Source of the DNA: a phage
Sequence record: PV467749.1
DNA: 64,000 nt
Direction: 5' to 3' (one strand)
Below the pieces are notes generated by a model. That model made no database searches. It worked only from the letters and a program-made list of their open reading frames with translations, and was not told the origin of the DNA. This document shows, in pieces, positions 27,452 through 37,837 of the stretch. The translations under genes and the position numbers were made by a program. Each line of letters opens with the position of its first letter. Within the stretch, counting starts at the first letter, position 1.

Positions 27452-27643
27452 TTAGTACTTATATATTAGTAAAAGGATGTGATACAGTACTCTATTATAG
27501 TCCTCAATATATATCGAGGATTTAGTGCACTGAATGAAGTAGTCTTTTTCGTAGTCTTTTTCTATACTCAATTGTTTTGTTGGTACAAGGTGTTGGAGAT
27601 ACATTGGGAGTTTCTCTATGTAGTATTCTTTGTGGTTATTCAT
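27452..27643 (-). CDS. Family B small protein
   Basis: Track ORF 63 aa. Confidence 0.45.
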   Translation of the reverse strand: MNNHKEYYIEKLPMYLQHLVPTKQLSIEKDYEKDYFIQCTKSSIYIEDYNRVLYHILLLIYKY

Positions 27644-27651
27644 ATTATGTG

Positions 27652-27825
27652 TTATTTCGTGAAAACAAGGGTTAGTACTGCATAGTACAAGTCATACGTA
27701 TCTTTAGGGTTAATAGCACCTTTAATACATTCTTTCATTACTTCATTATAGATAATTTTAGTACTGAATGTATTGGATGTTACTATATCGGAATTAAGGT
27801 ACGAGAGGTAGAATTCTTTATACAT
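27652..27825 (-). CDS. Family B small protein
   Basis: Track ORF trimmed to MYKEFYLSYL. Confidence 0.4.
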   Translation of the reverse strand: MYKEFYLSYLNSDIVTSNTFSTKIIYNEVMKECIKGAINPKDTYDLYYAVLTLVFTK

Positions 27826-28477
27826 AGTTTGAAATATACGTAATGAGGTGATGAAATTTCTTATCAGTACTGATAAGTTCCTGTACATGTTTTGTTAGTT
27901 TGTACGCGTTTTTATAGAGTCCTGGATTATCGATTACAGTACTGTACATGAATTCTTCTTCCTCGGATAATTCTTTGTGTTCTAGTTCTTTGAGGAATTG
28001 CAGTACTGTATCAGTTTCGTTAGTACGTTGCTTTTGGAAGAAGTGCATGTTATCGTGTATTTTTTCTGAACCCATGCAGTACATATCGCCGATTTGGAAT
28101 TGTGCAGTACTGATATCATGGGTGCTATTACAATTCCCGAAGAAGTATACATTCCCGAAAGATAGAATTATAGTGCACGGGATATTATCCATGTGTATAT
28201 AGATAGATGCATTCTTTAGTGCTTTTGTGCTGGTATTAGTACTCAATACTTTTAAATCAGTATTATAGATATTAATAAAAGCAAGAGCTATATTATTTTT
28301 CTTCAAGTACGATTTGAGGTTCTTAGATACGAGAACATTTCTGGATTTTTTCTTTTTATTTCGTTTCTTTAGTACACACGGGTCGTAAGTATATGCTGGT
28401 GTAAAAGATTCTGCTTGAATACTGTTGAGGTATTTAAAGTGCTTAAGGTATTGTTTGCTGTGTGCATTAAGTTTCAT
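27818..28477 (-). CDS. Hypothetical protein (219 aa) embedded in the family B array
   Basis: Track ORF; Lys-rich N-half; CNST motif and size loosely recall the 48973..49623 gene. Confidence 0.5.
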   Translation of the reverse strand: MKLNAHSKQYLKHFKYLNSIQAESFTPAYTYDPCVLKKRNKKKKSRNVLVSKNLKSYLKKNNIALAFINIYNTDLKVLSTNTSTKALKNASIYIHMDNIPCTIILSFGNVYFFGNCNSTHDISTAQFQIGDMYCMGSEKIHDNMHFFQKQRTNETDTVLQFLKELEHKELSEEEEFMYSTVIDNPGLYKNAYKLTKHVQELISTDKKFHHLITYISNYV

Positions 28478-28487
28478 TTGGTTTCCT

Positions 28488-28667
28488 TTATACAGATGCG
28501 AGAGCGAGGATTTCCCTGAAGGGATTATCTTTTGTTAGTGCGTGATGAATGCAGCTATTGAGATTAATATTTTTAGTACTATTAGTTGCCAGGTTGTAGT
28601 ACTTCACGAAGGTGTCGTACATGAAACGGTCTTTAATGCTTATGTGTTCTATATAGTATTCTTGCAT
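28488..28667 (-). CDS. Family B small protein (59 aa, not in track)
   Basis: Manual translation MQEYYIEHISIKDRFMYDTFVKYYNLATNSTKNINLNSCIHHALTKDNPFREILALASV. Confidence 0.4.
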   Translation of the reverse strand: MQEYYIEHISIKDRFMYDTFVKYYNLATNSTKNINLNSCIHHALTKDNPFREILALASV

Positions 28668-28675
28668 ATTATTCC

Positions 28676-28864
28676 TTACATAGAGATGAGTTTCAGTACA
28701 TCAATATACATATAACGTTCAGATGACAGTACACGGGTAGTGATAATCTCAATCGATATATTTTTAATTCCATGTGCAGATGATTGATGGTGCTGAATAA
28801 ATGAGTTGTGCATACTTTGTTCTATGTGGTTTAGTTTATTGAAGTAGTACTCAAAAGTGTTCAT
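28676..28864 (-). CDS. Family B small protein
   Basis: Track ORF 62 aa; C-terminal VLKLISM. Confidence 0.45.
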   Translation of the reverse strand: MNTFEYYFNKLNHIEQSMHNSFIQHHQSSAHGIKNISIEIITTRVLSSERYMYIDVLKLISM

Positions 28865-28871
28865 GTCTACC

Positions 28872-29051
28872 TTAGATTAAGATTAGTTTAAGTACTTCTC
28901 TGTACGTGTACTTTTCGTTTTGTGCTTCTACTGTACACGAGAGTAGATAACGTTTTTTATCTCTTTTGTTCCCGACTGTGTAGTACCTTTGGAATTTATT
29001 ATAGTTGTATCTATCTTTGTGCTGGAGGTTATAGATATAGAATTCTTGCAT
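28872..29051 (-). CDS. Family B small protein (59 aa, not in track)
   Basis: Manual translation MQEFYIYNLQHKDRYNYNKFQRYYTVGNKRDKKRYLLSCTVEAQNEKYTYREVLKLILI. Confidence 0.4.
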   Translation of the reverse strand: MQEFYIYNLQHKDRYNYNKFQRYYTVGNKRDKKRYLLSCTVEAQNEKYTYREVLKLILI

Positions 29052-29059
29052 AGAGTACC

Positions 29060-29245
29060 TTAGATTGCTATCAGTTTGAGTACTTCAATATATGTGCGGT
29101 ACTCTGCTTTAATTAAATTTGTACACACTGTAAGGGAATTTCTTTGTATAAGTTTATTGCCGCTTTTATACGCATTTCTCCACACATAGAGATGAGATCT
29201 TTCAGGCATAGATAGTTTATTTGTATAGTACTCAAATGTGTTCAT
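29060..29245 (-). CDS. Family B small protein
   Basis: Track ORF 61 aa; C-terminal EVLKLIAI. Confidence 0.45.
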   Translation of the reverse strand: MNTFEYYTNKLSMPERSHLYVWRNAYKSGNKLIQRNSLTVCTNLIKAEYRTYIEVLKLIAI

Positions 29246-29253
29246 ATATTACC

Positions 29254-29436
29254 TCAAATAGAGATTAGTTTAAGTACTTCTCTGTATGTGTACTTTTCGT
29301 TTTGTGCATCTCTTGTGCTTGTATATAGGTATCCTCGACGATATTTGTTGCTCCCGTTCTTGTAGTTGAATTCGAACTTATTGTAGATGAATCTATCGCC
29401 AGGCTGTAATTTACTTAAGTACAATTCAATGTTCAT
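29254..29436 (-). CDS. Family B small protein
   Basis: Track ORF trimmed to MNIELYLSKL. Confidence 0.45.
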   Translation of the reverse strand: MNIELYLSKLQPGDRFIYNKFEFNYKNGSNKYRRGYLYTSTRDAQNEKYTYREVLKLISI

Positions 29437-29446
29437 AGTATTCTCT

Positions 29447-29632
29447 TTACATATCAATAAGTTTCAGTACTGCTCTGTACGTGTACTTAGTTGTTAGTGC
29501 TTCTTTTATAGCAATACAGAAGTAATGTTGTTTGTCTCTTATACTACCGCGTTTGTAGTACCATACATTGGAGTTGTGGGTGTACTTGTCCCTGTCGGAT
29601 AGATTTTGGTAATAGTATAATATATGATTCAT
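29447..29632 (-). CDS. Family B small protein
   Basis: Track ORF 61 aa; C-terminal AVLKLIDM. Confidence 0.45.
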   Translation of the reverse strand: MNHILYYYQNLSDRDKYTHNSNVWYYKRGSIRDKQHYFCIAIKEALTTKYTYRAVLKLIDM

Positions 29633-29832
29633 GGTAATGTAATTAGCCTTATTATGTTAAAGTACTCGGTCCCTGGTACACCTTGTAGAATATTATCAAC
29701 TACATTTTCTTGGTGCAGGATTAATACATTCGGTGCGGTTCTTTTAAGGTTTTTTAAAGTACTGTATTCTTGTTTAAGGATGAACTGTACATCTTTAGGG
29801 AGAATATCTAAGTAGTACTGGTGTATGTTCAT
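29629..29832 (-). CDS. Family B small protein
   Basis: Track ORF trimmed to MNIHQYYLDILP. Confidence 0.45.
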   Translation of the reverse strand: MNIHQYYLDILPKDVQFILKQEYSTLKNLKRTAPNVLILHQENVVDNILQGVPGTEYFNIIRLITLP

Positions 29833-29852
29833 AGTTTTCATATAGTACTCTT

Positions 29853-30038
29853 TTAGAACTTAAAGATGAGGTTCATGATAGATAAGTACTTAGTTTCAGG
29901 AAATTGATGTTCTATTGCATAACGTGTCTCCAGTCTGAAGTCAAATTTATAAAAGGGACTATTCATATCCATAGGTTCATTGGGAAATGAATCTCTGTAT
30001 TGTTTGTGCAGCTTACTACAGTAGAATTCTTTATACAT
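29853..30038 (-). CDS. Family B small protein
   Basis: Track ORF 61 aa. Confidence 0.45.
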   Translation of the reverse strand: MYKEFYCSKLHKQYRDSFPNEPMDMNSPFYKFDFRLETRYAIEHQFPETKYLSIMNLIFKF

Positions 30039-30039
30039 A

Positions 30040-30252
30040 TTAGTGCTCGATTAAAAGGGTTAGGATGTAATAGTATTGCATACTTTCTACCCCTTGTACA
30101 GCATTTCTTATTTTATTATTCCTGTACGAGTTCAAGAGTTTAGGACAATGTTTGAAGTTTATATAATTATTTTGTGTATACAGTAGGCTTTCTCGTAGAC
30201 CTTTTGTTGGTAGTGCATCAATGTAGTACTGTTCAATGTTCATAGTGTTCAT
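30040..30252 (-). CDS. Family B small protein
   Basis: Track ORF 70 aa; MNTMNIEQYYIDALP. Confidence 0.45.
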   Translation of the reverse strand: MNTMNIEQYYIDALPTKGLRESLLYTQNNYINFKHCPKLLNSYRNNKIRNAVQGVESMQYYYILTLLIEH

Positions 30253-30476
30253 AGAGCTACCAGTACTAAGATTTTTGATAATTGTTTATTGCTATCCCCG
30301 CAGATGTTGCTGTGTAAAATACTCACTACAAGGGTATCAAGTGCATTGTTCAGCATAAGGTTACATCCAGTACTGTTATGTGTTTTTAGCTCAATTAGCC
30401 ACGAACTATCCGCGAGAAACTTCGCGTACTCTAGTTCATTTAGAGTATTAATGTAGTACTTAAGTGTAGTTGTCAT
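30249..30476 (-). CDS. Family B-like small protein (first gene of array)
   Basis: Track ORF 75 aa; YYINTL and hydrophobic C-terminus. Confidence 0.4.
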   Translation of the reverse strand: MTTTLKYYINTLNELEYAKFLADSSWLIELKTHNSTGCNLMLNNALDTLVVSILHSNICGDSNKQLSKILVLVAL

Positions 30477-30587
30477 GTACAGTTCTCCTTATATTCCTTA
30501 TATTCCTTCTATAGTACATCAGTACTGAAAGGTTGTCAAGGGTTTTCTTTTTGGGGTAAATATGATATAATGAATAAAGGAGGAAAT

Positions 30588-31724
30588 ATGTTACCTTTTG
30601 CAAGAATGGTTAAGTACGGGAACGTAGCACCAGATAAACTAAAAATACGTGATATTGTTGCAGGTGCTAATTCATTATTACTAATAACCGAGGATAATGA
30701 ATTATGGGTGCGTGGTAATAATGCGTATGGCAAATTAGGTATAGGAACTGATACTATAGTGAATGTAACCGAGTGGACTAAAGTTAGAGATGATGTTAAG
30801 TTTGCTTGTGCTAGTAATTTAGTATGCGTTGTATTAACTGTAGATAATAAAATTTTCTACTGTGGTGATCAATGGTTTGAATCTGGTGGTTCGACAAGTT
30901 CTAAAGTTGTTACATGGAAAGATGTTACGACACAATTTAGTGCAGTGAATCTAAGCACAGTTCGTGAAATGAAAATAACTTATTATTGTGTAGGATTACT
31001 TACAAATGATAATAGATTATATGCTAAAGGATATGATAATAACCAATCATTTGGTGGTTCAACAAGCAAAGTTAATGCTGTATTAGTTGCGTCAAATGTT
31101 TCAAAATTCTACACTTCTCTATCTGGTACTATATATTCTAGTACTACTGGTGGTTACTACCGCTGTGGTATAAGCAATACTGGAGCATTGGGTACTAGCA
31201 CAAATTTAACTTCTTATAATTTGTACTCTGCTCCCGAATTTGCATCCGAATGTGCAGTTGGTATGTCAACATTAAACTCTGGTATATTATATTATGATAC
31301 TAATGGTATCACTAGATATGTTATAGCAGGTCAAAATAGAAATTATCAACTAGGTAATTCTTCTTCAAATACCACAAACGTATATTCGTATACAGAATTA
31401 ACCGGATATAGAGGCAGGTTTAGGGATTTGTGGAGTGATATGAATAACTCTGTTCTTTCTTTTGCTATAAGCACAGATGGCAATACTTTATATTATGCTG
31501 GTACTAACAATACACTATCTTCTGGTGATCCTGGTGTTGAATATTCATCTGCATTTAAAGAAGTACCACACGGGTTTAATGATATAACAAAGGTGGTATC
31601 GTTAGCCTATCTATCTATAGTGCAAGATTCAACTGGATGGTATTATTCTGGAAATGCAACTACGTTATATGGTTTGCCATCGAGTGATGAATTTATACCA
31701 TTACCATTACCAACAATAATTTAA
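30588..31724 (+). CDS. RCC1-repeat-like beta-propeller protein, family C member 1
   Basis: Starts MLPFARMVKYGN behind AAGGAGG RBS; repeated Gly-rich motifs such as GNNAYGKLGIG and GYDNNQSFGG. Confidence 0.65.
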   Translation: MLPFARMVKYGNVAPDKLKIRDIVAGANSLLLITEDNELWVRGNNAYGKLGIGTDTIVNVTEWTKVRDDVKFACASNLVCVVLTVDNKIFYCGDQWFESGGSTSSKVVTWKDVTTQFSAVNLSTVREMKITYYCVGLLTNDNRLYAKGYDNNQSFGGSTSKVNAVLVASNVSKFYTSLSGTIYSSTTGGYYRCGISNTGALGTSTNLTSYNLYSAPEFASECAVGMSTLNSGILYYDTNGITRYVIAGQNRNYQLGNSSSNTTNVYSYTELTGYRGRFRDLWSDMNNSVLSFAISTDGNTLYYAGTNNTLSSGDPGVEYSSAFKEVPHGFNDITKVVSLAYLSIVQDSTGWYYSGNATTLYGLPSSDEFIPLPLPTII

Positions 31725-31730
31725 ATACAG

Positions 31731-31787
31731 GCCAGTACTTGATACTGGCTTTTTTTGATTAAATATAGTATAATGAATAAGGGAGGG
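31731..31787 (+). promoter_or_regulatory. Family C intergenic cassette: hairpin, T-run, TATAAT box, RBS (representative)
   Basis: GCCAGTACttgaTACTGGC, T7, TTGATTAAATATAGTATAATGAATAAAGGAGGGAAT then ATG; near-identical copies before most family C genes (e.g. 32948, 34129, 35326, 36518, 41306, 42547, 43800, 45049, 47724). Confidence 0.6.
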
Positions 31788-31790
31788 AAT

Positions 31791-32939
31791 ATGTTACCTT
31801 TTGTAAGAATGTTTGATTATGGAAATGAAGCTCCTACCAACTCTGGTCGTTATAAAATATATTCCAGTGATTCTATGTATCTTCATGATACTTATACTGA
31901 CAAGTTGTATGCATCTTCTGCGACGAATTGGGGTACTGGTACAGGTGTAGCATCGAGTAAATTTATTCTTTGTGCGGAGAATGTTAAACGAGTTCTATTG
32001 GAAGATAACAGTAGTGATTGTCAATTGTATGAAGAGAAAGGTACTGGAAAAGTTTTTATCACTGGTAACACGAAGGCATTCACTGGTGTAACTGATAGAA
32101 AAACTTTGTGGACGGACTGTACTACGTGGATAACATCAAGTGGTATTAATGTTTCTGATATAAAATACATGAGTAGTTTTTATGATATGAAGGTGAATTT
32201 GATAACAAACGATGGTACATTGTATTGTTGTGGAGCTAACAATATATCGAACATATCATCATTTGGTGATGGCACAAACATTAATTCTTTTAACACATTC
32301 AAAAGAGTAGATACTATAACTTCGGTTAAAAAGGCTGTTGGTAACATTTATTTGCGAGAAGATAATACTTTATGGGGTTGTGGTTTTAACTATTACTACC
32401 AGTTGGGCACGGGTAATCAAACTTCTATTACTGGGGTGACGATGATTTCTTCGGATGTTATAGATTTTAATGTAAGTTATCAGAGTACATTTTTTATCAA
32501 ATCGGATAATAATTTGTACGCTTGTGGTAAACAGTTCGGTGCACAATATGGGAACGAATTTGGTACAGGTGGTACTTCCTCTTCTACTGATATACAATAT
32601 AAAACTCCGACATTATTGAGTTCAGGAGTTTATACTCTATATACTTGTGTTGGTAACATGGCATCACATATTGTCAAAGCAGATGAAGTTCTATATGCTT
32701 CTGGATCGAATAGGTTTGGGCAATTAGGTGTTGGTAATAATAATAATCAGTACTCCTATACTCCTTCATATACTTCGTTTAATACTTCGTGTAATTTGGT
32801 ACGCACTCCATCTGGTTCACTTATACTTACTGACACTTCGAAGTTATATTATTCGGGTGCTTCATTTGTAGTAATGGGTGGTGGTGCTGGACAGAACGTT
32901 CTTAATTATACCGAAGTCGATATGTCATTTGTGCAGTAA
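31791..32939 (+). CDS. RCC1-repeat-like protein, family C member 2
   Basis: MLPFVRMFDYGN; GSNRFGQLGVGNN; conserved upstream cassette. Confidence 0.65.
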   Translation: MLPFVRMFDYGNEAPTNSGRYKIYSSDSMYLHDTYTDKLYASSATNWGTGTGVASSKFILCAENVKRVLLEDNSSDCQLYEEKGTGKVFITGNTKAFTGVTDRKTLWTDCTTWITSSGINVSDIKYMSSFYDMKVNLITNDGTLYCCGANNISNISSFGDGTNINSFNTFKRVDTITSVKKAVGNIYLREDNTLWGCGFNYYYQLGTGNQTSITGVTMISSDVIDFNVSYQSTFFIKSDNNLYACGKQFGAQYGNEFGTGGTSSSTDIQYKTPTLLSSGVYTLYTCVGNMASHIVKADEVLYASGSNRFGQLGVGNNNNQYSYTPSYTSFNTSCNLVRTPSGSLILTDTSKLYYSGASFVVMGGGAGQNVLNYTEVDMSFVQ

Positions 32940-33012
32940 ATTAATATGCCAGTACTTGAGTACTGGCTTTTCTTTTTGTATTAAATATAGTATAATGAAT
33001 AAGGGAGGAAAT

Positions 33013-34122
33013 ATGTTACCTTTTGTAAGAATGGTTAAGTACGGGAATATTGCACCAGTACCGAAAAAAATAAAGAAAGTTATAGCAGGATATGATAATT
33101 TATATGTACTATATGGTGATGGTTCGCTATATGGTTGTGGAATCAATAACTATCAACAGTTAAATATTGATGGAACTGCTACACAAAATAATTGGGTACT
33201 AATTACCAATGGTGTTAGTAATGCATGGGCTGGTGGATACAATATTTTATATTTGAAAGAAGATAAATTTATAATGCACGGAACTAATGTCTCATTAGGT
33301 TTAGGAAATACTACAATTCCATTAGGTGGAGTAGATGTAACTTCTTCATTCCCAGATATCTCTAATATTAAAATGATATCCATTGGTTTTGATTCAATGC
33401 ACTATGTTAGTGCTGATGGTACAACTGTATATGGAAGAGGTATGAACACAAATGGTTCTGTTGGTTCAGGTAGTACTTACTCACAGAGTACTTTCACTTC
33501 AGTACTGAATAATGGAACTAATCAGGTTATTGATATATTTGGTAACGTTAATAATACAGTGCTTCTAACATCGAATGGTGAGCTTCGAGCATGTGGGACA
33601 AGTGCTTATGGTTCTATAGGAAATGAAACTGGTAAGTGGACATCGTTTGGTTTAAAATTATCTGGCACTAAAATAATGGGTGGTAATGGGTATAGTACGC
33701 TTGCATATACAAATTCGGGAATGTACCACTCAGGGTGGCAGTTAAATGGGGAACTAGGAAATGGTTTAAATACTAACGTACAGGTATATCCATTTCAATT
33801 TAACTCTAAAACGATAGATAGCAAGATAGATAAAATTGCCAAATCATCATCTGGGTCATATGTTAACATGTACTCAACAACAGAAGGAAAGATATATACG
33901 ACAGGTTCGTTTGGTAAAAACGGGTCAACTACTGCATTGAATTTGTTCACCAATACATTAACACTTATAAATTACAATCCAGATACCGCCTCGTTGTATA
34001 CGTGCACAAACTTCAGTGTTGTGTATGATGGTAATGAAACTATTGCTGTAAGTGGTAGTCCTACATATGTACCAGGGGGCGTTGCCGCTAATAGATGGAC
34101 TACAATTCCATTACCCAAGTAA
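33013..34122 (+). CDS. RCC1-repeat-like protein, family C member 3
   Basis: MLPFVRMVKYGN; GINNYQQLNIDG; upstream cassette. Confidence 0.65.
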   Translation: MLPFVRMVKYGNIAPVPKKIKKVIAGYDNLYVLYGDGSLYGCGINNYQQLNIDGTATQNNWVLITNGVSNAWAGGYNILYLKEDKFIMHGTNVSLGLGNTTIPLGGVDVTSSFPDISNIKMISIGFDSMHYVSADGTTVYGRGMNTNGSVGSGSTYSQSTFTSVLNNGTNQVIDIFGNVNNTVLLTSNGELRACGTSAYGSIGNETGKWTSFGLKLSGTKIMGGNGYSTLAYTNSGMYHSGWQLNGELGNGLNTNVQVYPFQFNSKTIDSKIDKIAKSSSGSYVNMYSTTEGKIYTTGSFGKNGSTTALNLFTNTLTLINYNPDTASLYTCTNFSVVYDGNETIAVSGSPTYVPGGVAANRWTTIPLPK

Positions 34123-34190
34123 TACTATGCCAGTACTTGATACTGGCTTTTTTTTGATTAAATATAGTATAATGAATAAAGGAGGGAATT

Positions 34191-35318
34191 ATGTTACCTT
34201 TTGTTAGAATGTTTGATTATGGGAATATAATCGAAGTTAATAATATAAAGAAAAGTGTTGTTAGTTACACTCTTGAAATGTTTCTAATGCAAGATGGCAC
34301 TGTATATGCACACGGTGAAGATTCAAACTATAATGCGGGTTTAAGTACACAGTTTGTATCGTTAGGAGCAGTTCAACAAATCACAACTGAAGTTGATGAC
34401 TTATGGTTAGGATCGTTTTCCGTTGTTATTAAAGGTGATAAAATATATGGTTCAGGTTCAACATATGCATTCACGAATTCTAATACTTTCCAACAAGGAT
34501 ATACTGACTGGGCTGTGTATTTCACTGGTATAGATGTTACCCAAATTAAAAAAATGTTATGTGGTTATACAGCATTTATATTAATGAAAGACGGAACACT
34601 TTATGGAAGAGGATGGAATCGAAGTGGTGCATTAGGTTTAGGACATAAAAATTATGTTTCAGCGTGGACTGTACTTGACACTAATGTGGATAATATATTT
34701 GGCGGTTACCTTGGCGATACATTGTTTAAGATTAAAAACGATGGAACTGTATATGGTTCAGGTTCAAATAACAGCTTTCAAGTTAAAGCAACATCGGGTG
34801 ATGCAACCACATTTGTTCCATTGTTTGATGATATATCTTATGATATAAAATGCAGTTTTGTTTCTGGTGTTGGTTTTGTAATGATAACATCTGATAATAA
34901 AATATATACAACTGGAACTACTTTTGCTGGTAGTGGTGCACATAGTAAAGTTTTTGATGTTGGTTTTACTATAGGTGATATGAGTAATATATATCATCCT
35001 GATTCGTTGGACTATTCGACTAGTGTTGTATTTTTAATTAATGCAGATACAAACAAACTAATAGCAACTGGGCATACCCCATTTACGGGAAGTAGTTCAA
35101 GTTCCCTTCCATATTTTACAGCATTTCAAGAATTCAATTTTACATCGTTCAATTCGAATACACGATATAGTGGGTCTTTATACTGGAATACATTTTACGA
35201 AGGTAATAATGTATGGATGAATGGATATAATCCTGAAAATACGGGTGGAAAGAATTTCTCATTGTGTTCAATACCGTTAGATACTATTATTACTAAGCAA
35301 ATTGATTTACCTTTTTGA
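34191..35318 (+). CDS. RCC1-repeat-like protein, family C member 4
   Basis: MLPFVRMFDYGN; GWNRSGALGLGHKN. Confidence 0.65.
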   Translation: MLPFVRMFDYGNIIEVNNIKKSVVSYTLEMFLMQDGTVYAHGEDSNYNAGLSTQFVSLGAVQQITTEVDDLWLGSFSVVIKGDKIYGSGSTYAFTNSNTFQQGYTDWAVYFTGIDVTQIKKMLCGYTAFILMKDGTLYGRGWNRSGALGLGHKNYVSAWTVLDTNVDNIFGGYLGDTLFKIKNDGTVYGSGSNNSFQVKATSGDATTFVPLFDDISYDIKCSFVSGVGFVMITSDNKIYTTGTTFAGSGAHSKVFDVGFTIGDMSNIYHPDSLDYSTSVVFLINADTNKLIATGHTPFTGSSSSSLPYFTAFQEFNFTSFNSNTRYSGSLYWNTFYEGNNVWMNGYNPENTGGKNFSLCSIPLDTIITKQIDLPF

Positions 35319-35388
35319 ATACTATGCCAGTACTTGATACTGGCTTTTTTTTTGATTAAATATAGTATAATGAATAAAGGAGGGAATT

Positions 35389-36510
35389 ATGTTACCTTTT
35401 GTTAGAATGTTTGATTATGGAAATGAAGTACCTGATCCTAGTTCGGGATTTCGAATAATAAGTACAGGAGACGCATTACTATTAATTACTAAGAGTGGTG
35501 ATTTGTGGGTGCGTGGTTATAACCGTTATGGTAAGTTAGGTATAGGTAATAACACCACTACCTATGTACTTGATTGGACGAAGGTTAGAAGTGATGTAAA
35601 GTTTGCGTGTGGTAGTGGATTGGTAACAGTTATCTTTACTAAGGATAATCGCATATTGTACTGTGGTGACAAATGGTTTGAAACGGGTGGTGTTGGTAGT
35701 GCACAGATTTTCACATGGACAGATGTTACGCATCAATTTGGGGTAGTAGATTTGAGTACTGTAAGGGATATGAAAATATCTTATTACGCGATTGGGTTAG
35801 TTACTACTAATAATCAATTATACGCTAAGGGATTTGATAATAACCTATCATTTGGTGGGGTTACTAATAAGGCGACTGCTGTGTTTATTGCGAATAATGT
35901 ACAAGAGTTGTATACGAGTTTAGTTAGTACTATCTACGTTGATACAAGTGGTATATTACATCGTTGTGGCATGAGTGATAACGGTTCGTTGGGTAATAAT
36001 GGTAGTTTAACTTCGTATCTAAGTTATTCACAGACTGGTATGACGATTAAGGACATTGGAATGATGACTACGAACACTGGGTTATTATATACTGATTCTA
36101 GTGCACGCACGAGATATTTTATTGCTGGACAGAACTTGAATAAACAGATGGGTAATGCGGCGGGTGCGAGTGCCATTACGAGTACTTACACAGAGCTTTC
36201 TGGTAGTGTTGATAAGTTTTCTTCTTTATGGGAGAATGATGGGATATTGATGACATTTGCTGTGGGTAAGAACACTAATCAGTTATTTTATGCTGGGATG
36301 AATACTTTTCATGCGAGTGGTGGTGAATCTTCATATGCGGATACATATGAGTTAGTCCCGATGGTGTTTAATGACATACAGGAAGTGTTATGTGCACAGC
36401 GTTTATCGGTGGTACATGATTCTACGAAGTGGTATTACTGTGGTGATGCTAATTCAATGTATGGTTTACCGGACGTAAGTACTTTTACTGAGTTACCGTT
36501 GCCCTTTTAA
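35389..36510 (+). CDS. RCC1-repeat-like protein, family C member 5
   Basis: MLPFVRMFDYGN; colinear with and highly similar to member 1 over the N-terminal ~200 aa. Confidence 0.65.
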   Translation: MLPFVRMFDYGNEVPDPSSGFRIISTGDALLLITKSGDLWVRGYNRYGKLGIGNNTTTYVLDWTKVRSDVKFACGSGLVTVIFTKDNRILYCGDKWFETGGVGSAQIFTWTDVTHQFGVVDLSTVRDMKISYYAIGLVTTNNQLYAKGFDNNLSFGGVTNKATAVFIANNVQELYTSLVSTIYVDTSGILHRCGMSDNGSLGNNGSLTSYLSYSQTGMTIKDIGMMTTNTGLLYTDSSARTRYFIAGQNLNKQMGNAAGASAITSTYTELSGSVDKFSSLWENDGILMTFAVGKNTNQLFYAGMNTFHASGGESSYADTYELVPMVFNDIQEVLCAQRLSVVHDSTKWYYCGDANSMYGLPDVSTFTELPLPF

Positions 36511-36581
36511 TAATAGGTCAGTACTCAAGTACTGGCTTTTCTTTTTGATTAAATATAGTATAATGAATAAAGGAGGGAATT

Positions 36582-37763
36582 ATGTTACCTTTTGTTAGAA
36601 TGTTTGATTATGGGAACGTCGTTGAGCCACCTGTGGGTACACGTTATACCTGTAGTGACTATAGTGCGACTTATAGTTTAATAAAGGATGGTGTGTTATA
36701 TGTATCTGGGATGAATAACTATTATCAGTTAGGTAATAACACTAACGTAACACGTTACAACGAGTGGTTAAAAGTTCCAGAGACTGATAGTGTTAAGTTT
36801 TGTAGTACTGGTTATAGTCAGACAATGTATCTGACTAACAATGGTAGGATAATGATAGCAGGTGAAGATCCTACTTCCAGTGCGACTTCGGTAAGTGTAA
36901 AGGTTTGGACGGATATAACTTCTAGATTTCGTGCAGTTGATACTAAAAAGATTGTTTATATTTCAATAGAACGCTTTGGTGTAATGATGATCATGGAAGA
37001 TGGTTCAGTATGGGCGTGTGGTGTTGATAATACTGGTTGGAGTGGACAAGGGAGTAAGACTGTTGGTTTCTTTACTTTCAGACAAATATACACCGGAAGT
37101 GCAGGAAGTGCAGTTGCTTGTACTGCTGGTACTGGTACTGCGAGAATTCTGTTAGCTAATGGAACAATCTTGTCCTCTGGTACTAATACATATCATCAAT
37201 GTAATGCTAGTACTAATCCGGCTGTTCTAACATTCACTGAATCATTCCCTGGGGTTGATCCTTCATTGATATATCAAATCAAGATGTGTAATAACAACTG
37301 TATTATATTTTTGAGTGATAAGAGATATTACGGTACTGGCTGGGGAAGTTTTGGTGCATTGGGTGATGGTGATATTACGGGTTCGAATAATAAATTCTAT
37401 GCAGGTACATTGTCAGTTGCTCCTAAAAACATGCGTGCTTATATGTCGTATCTATGTAGTTCTTCTGGGGATTCTAGTATGTACATAGGCGATGATAATT
37501 TCATATACACCTGCGGTTATCGTGGGAGGAACTTAATAAATGCCACTACAGATATTGGTACGTTCACGAAATGCATTCAAAGTGCACAAGGATACAAGAA
37601 TGGACTTATATATAGTGGGAATTATTGTGCTGTAGTTTTTGATCCAGATTTGGGTTCAGGAATGTCATATGCGGTTTCATCACCAAAATTGAATTCTCCA
37701 GCACCACAGGCTAGTGTTCCAGCATTGGGTATGAGTTCGTTACAATCTATCATTTTACCATAA
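36582..37763 (+). CDS. RCC1-repeat-like protein, family C member 6
   Basis: MLPFVRMFDYGN; GWGSFGALGDGD. Confidence 0.65.
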   Translation: MLPFVRMFDYGNVVEPPVGTRYTCSDYSATYSLIKDGVLYVSGMNNYYQLGNNTNVTRYNEWLKVPETDSVKFCSTGYSQTMYLTNNGRIMIAGEDPTSSATSVSVKVWTDITSRFRAVDTKKIVYISIERFGVMMIMEDGSVWACGVDNTGWSGQGSKTVGFFTFRQIYTGSAGSAVACTAGTGTARILLANGTILSSGTNTYHQCNASTNPAVLTFTESFPGVDPSLIYQIKMCNNNCIIFLSDKRYYGTGWGSFGALGDGDITGSNNKFYAGTLSVAPKNMRAYMSYLCSSSGDSSMYIGDDNFIYTCGYRGRNLINATTDIGTFTKCIQSAQGYKNGLIYSGNYCAVVFDPDLGSGMSYAVSSPKLNSPAPQASVPALGMSSLQSIILP

Positions 37764-37837
37764 ATGATACCAGTACTGAAATACGTACTGGTATTTTTTT
37801 GTAAATACATTATAATTATTATATGGAGATTTTAGTT

